From the NCBI GenBank assembly GCA_002478265.1, contig DLNC01000019.1, forward strand, positions 2,866 to 66,865: a stretch of 64,000 bases of DNA, written 5' to 3'. Positions 61,947-64,000 of this stretch are shown in pieces. A program made the translations under genes and the position numbers. The notes beneath the pieces were generated by a model. It searched no databases and was not told the DNA's origin. It was given only the letters and a program-made list of their open reading frames with translations. The stretch is from Syntrophaceae bacterium UBA7520. Its GTDB lineage: Bacteria > Desulfobacterota > Syntrophia > Syntrophales > Smithellaceae. Every line of letters begins with the position of its first letter. Positions within the stretch are counted from its first letter, which is position 1.

Positions 61947-62024
61947 ACCAAATCGACAAACTGGTTTACGAATTATACGATTTAAACTCCTAAAAAAATC
62001 GCCATCACGGAGGGGCAAAAATAA
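61947..62024 (+). pseudogene. degenerate remnant of an RM-type methyltransferase C-terminal tail (copy 2)
   Basis: DQIDKLVYELYDLNS*, with an in-frame stop. 23 nt ACCAAATCGACAAACTGGTTTAC are identical to 59399-59421, and further blocks are shared (TATACGATTTAA, AAATCGCCATC). Confidence 0.6.
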
Positions 62025-62056
62025 TCAAGTTCACGACGCGGATTTGCAGTTAATTT

Positions 62057-63193
62057 ATGAAAAGAAATATTTTTTGTCTGTTTTTGCTTAGTTTATCTTT
62101 CTTGTTCATCACCTGTGCCGGAAGCGATCATTCAACTGCGACTGATACCGGCTGGGTGATCGGCAATGTAACGGATGAGGACACGGGTATATCCACGGTT
62201 AAAATTCTGAAAACAAGCAACGGCGGCGCAACATGGGTATTGCAAACCCTTCCTGTTGAATGCGACGATTTTATGGCAACGACATCAGCGCCGTCAACGA
62301 TCAGGTGGCGTGGGCAGCCATTGCCGATTCGCACACCGACACGGAAGGCGGTATTCTACACACAGCCGACGGCGGCGGAATCTGGACGATCCAGAGCCTT
62401 CCTTCCGGAATGAACAGCAGACATATTAAAGGCATCAAGGGGGTGAGTTCCTCTGAAGCCTGGGCAGTGAGCCTTGGCAGTGAGCCTTGGCGGCGATGTG
62501 TTGCACACGACGGACGCGGGCATCACCTGGCGGATTGTGCCGGTGTGTGACGCGGAAGATAATGTTATCATTATGACTCAAATCAACCGTATGGACGTAA
62601 CCGGTCAGGATATCTGGATTGTCGATGTGGCGGCGGGACACCTTGGTGTAATCCATTCAGCCGACGCGGGCGCGACCTGGCGGCGCGAAGAACTGCCGGA
62701 TGTTCCCGGAACTGGTAACGGGCCACTGGTTATCTCGGCGTTCGATTCGCTTACGGCCTGGACGGCAATTAATTCTGAAGGTTATCTCTGGTGGACATCC
62801 AACGGCGGCCAGACGTGGAACAAATCCAACGATTCCCTTACCGGCACGGCGGATTACGACGATATTAACGCCTCCAGCGCTGATATTGTTTGGATCGCCT
62901 GTAATGGCGGAGGATCGAATGGCGGCTTTACATCACGCGTGAGAGTCACAGACGGAAATTTTAACGCCAACACGACTAATCATCCCACCTATATGATGGA
63001 AGGCATATCGCCCATGACGAACGACAAAGCCTGGGCGGTCGGTTTTAAAATGTCTTTTGTCAATCCGGAATTACCCATGGGCGCGATTTACTTCACACAG
63101 GATGGAGGTCTTAACTGGCAATCGCAGAAGATCCCGGACAATGCCCGCGATGTGGCGCTCTGGAAAGTGTCTTTTGTGGGAGCAAGACGTTAG
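62057..63193 (+). pseudogene. disrupted gene for a BNR/Ycf48-like beta-propeller lipoprotein
   Basis: Lipobox-like FITCAG. Repeated S/T.(D/N)GG.(T/I)W motifs (SNGGATW, ADGGGIW, TDAGITW, ADAGATW, SNGGQTW, QDGGLNW) are spread over three frames. Shift 1 lies near 62260-62275; shift 2 is caused by a 13-bp tandem duplication. Confidence 0.7.
62464..62489 (+). repeat. 13-bp perfect tandem duplication GCAGTGAGCCTTG x2
   Basis: Read directly. Removing one copy restores ...EAWAVSLGGDVLHTTDAGITW across the frame break. Confidence 0.9.
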
Positions 63194-63320
63194 TTAGATA
63201 TTACAAAGAGAGATGCGCGTCCAGAAAACGCGCCGGACAAAAAATGATAATATAATTGTCCGTACAGTTTAAAATAAAAAAGTGGCACGGCCATCAGGCG
63301 CGCCTCTTTGGTAAAATTAT

Positions 63321-63957
63321 TTAATGCCCGTGCCCGCCGCCACCTGTGGCTTGCGCGCCGTGATGCCCGCCATGTCCTTTTATAATACCGTGCAATCCTT
63401 CCACGTAATGCGTGAAAATAATATATTTTTCAACAAATTCACGGCCAGCGGCTACTGATTCGTCGGCCTGTTTTTTTTGTCTGCAGAGCGTGCTGAAAAC
63501 GCTCACGTATTCCCTTCGCCATTGCTTTTGTTAAGACATCTACCAGTTTATCCACCTCCCCGGTTTCCAGCGCTTTATCGGCAAGGGCCACAGCGACATC
63601 AATCGTTTCTCCCGGTTTTAAACCGGTATAGGGAGCGCCCTCGCCCGCACGATGAATACGCACCAGCGTTTCAAAAAAATACATGTCCGCCAATTCTTTG
63701 GCCTCGGAACTTTTGGCGCGCACGGCAAGAGTTTTATTGAAGGCATCGGTGATTTCTTTTTCGTCTCTGGCCTGTACCCACTTAAGCAACGGAGTGATAT
63801 CTCCTTTTTCCAGGGCGCTTCTTGCCGTTTTAACAACAGGCCCCTCAAGAGTATCGCAATGAGCAAAAACAAAGGATAGCAAAAGCGGCAGATACTTAAT
63901 GTCAACAAGGAAAACGACGGCCAGGATAACCAAAAGAATGATTAGTGGTTTTTTCAT
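63321..63957 (-). pseudogene. frameshifted gene for a secreted DUF6448-like protein with His-rich C-terminus
   Basis: ORF 63439-63957 (signal peptide, HCDTLEGPVV, FFETLVRIHRAGEG) and ORF 63321-63506 (GREFVEKYIIFTHYVEGLH...HGGHHG...GGGGHGH) join if the A8 run (plus-strand T8 63471-63478) loses one base. Family name is from memory. Confidence 0.55.
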
Positions 63958-64000
63958 AACAAAAACCTCCTTTTTTATTCTATGGATTCGATTTTTATAC

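Overview
Bacterial chromosomal window from a diderm organism (LspA, outer-membrane beta-barrel porins, TctCBA), moderate GC, probably an uncultured lineage. I support about 58 protein genes and one tRNA. I saw no rRNA, CRISPR array, transposase or integrase ORF. Positions 1-49 kb are tightly packed housekeeping genes: groES-groEL; an envelope cluster (polysaccharide deacetylase, DedA, metallophosphoesterase, YejM/LtaS-like sulfatase); htpX; ileS-lspA; trkH-trkA; porin-tctCBA-porin; hisI-hisG-hisB-x-hisA; HIT; yqeY-dnaG-rpoD-tRNA(CAT); Zn-ribbon protein plus RNase HI; chagasin-type inhibitor; amt-glnK with a sigma54-type promoter; sugE; PAS-GGDEF; pdxS-pdxT; hisH-hisF; TIGR01212 radical SAM; mnmG; SLT; aminotransferase; and an SH3b-M48-CHASE2 cyclase operon. 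Two visibly AT-richer accessory patches follow, separated by a catabolic block at 51.5-58.4 kb that appears to be TetR-controlled. Patch 1 (49.1-50.8 kb) holds a frameshifted TIR/NDT-like gene, a small secreted protein and a remnant of a methyltransferase 3' end. Patch 2 (58.4-64 kb) holds a CheR-like methyltransferase, DUF488, the AbiEi/AbiEii toxin-antitoxin pair, a disrupted BNR-propeller gene and a frameshifted DUF6448 gene. The most notable observations are: (1) about 78-bp direct repeats that encode the C-terminal tail of a restriction-modification type DNA methylase and bracket the DUF488-AbiE cassette; (2) a TIR/NDT-like gene split at an A AAA AAC slippery A8 tract; (3) an rpoD whose region 4.2 helix-turn-helix is replaced by unrelated sequence just upstream of the tRNA; (4) inverted paralogous porin genes flanking tctCBA. 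All product calls rest on motif recognition by eye; no database search was possible.
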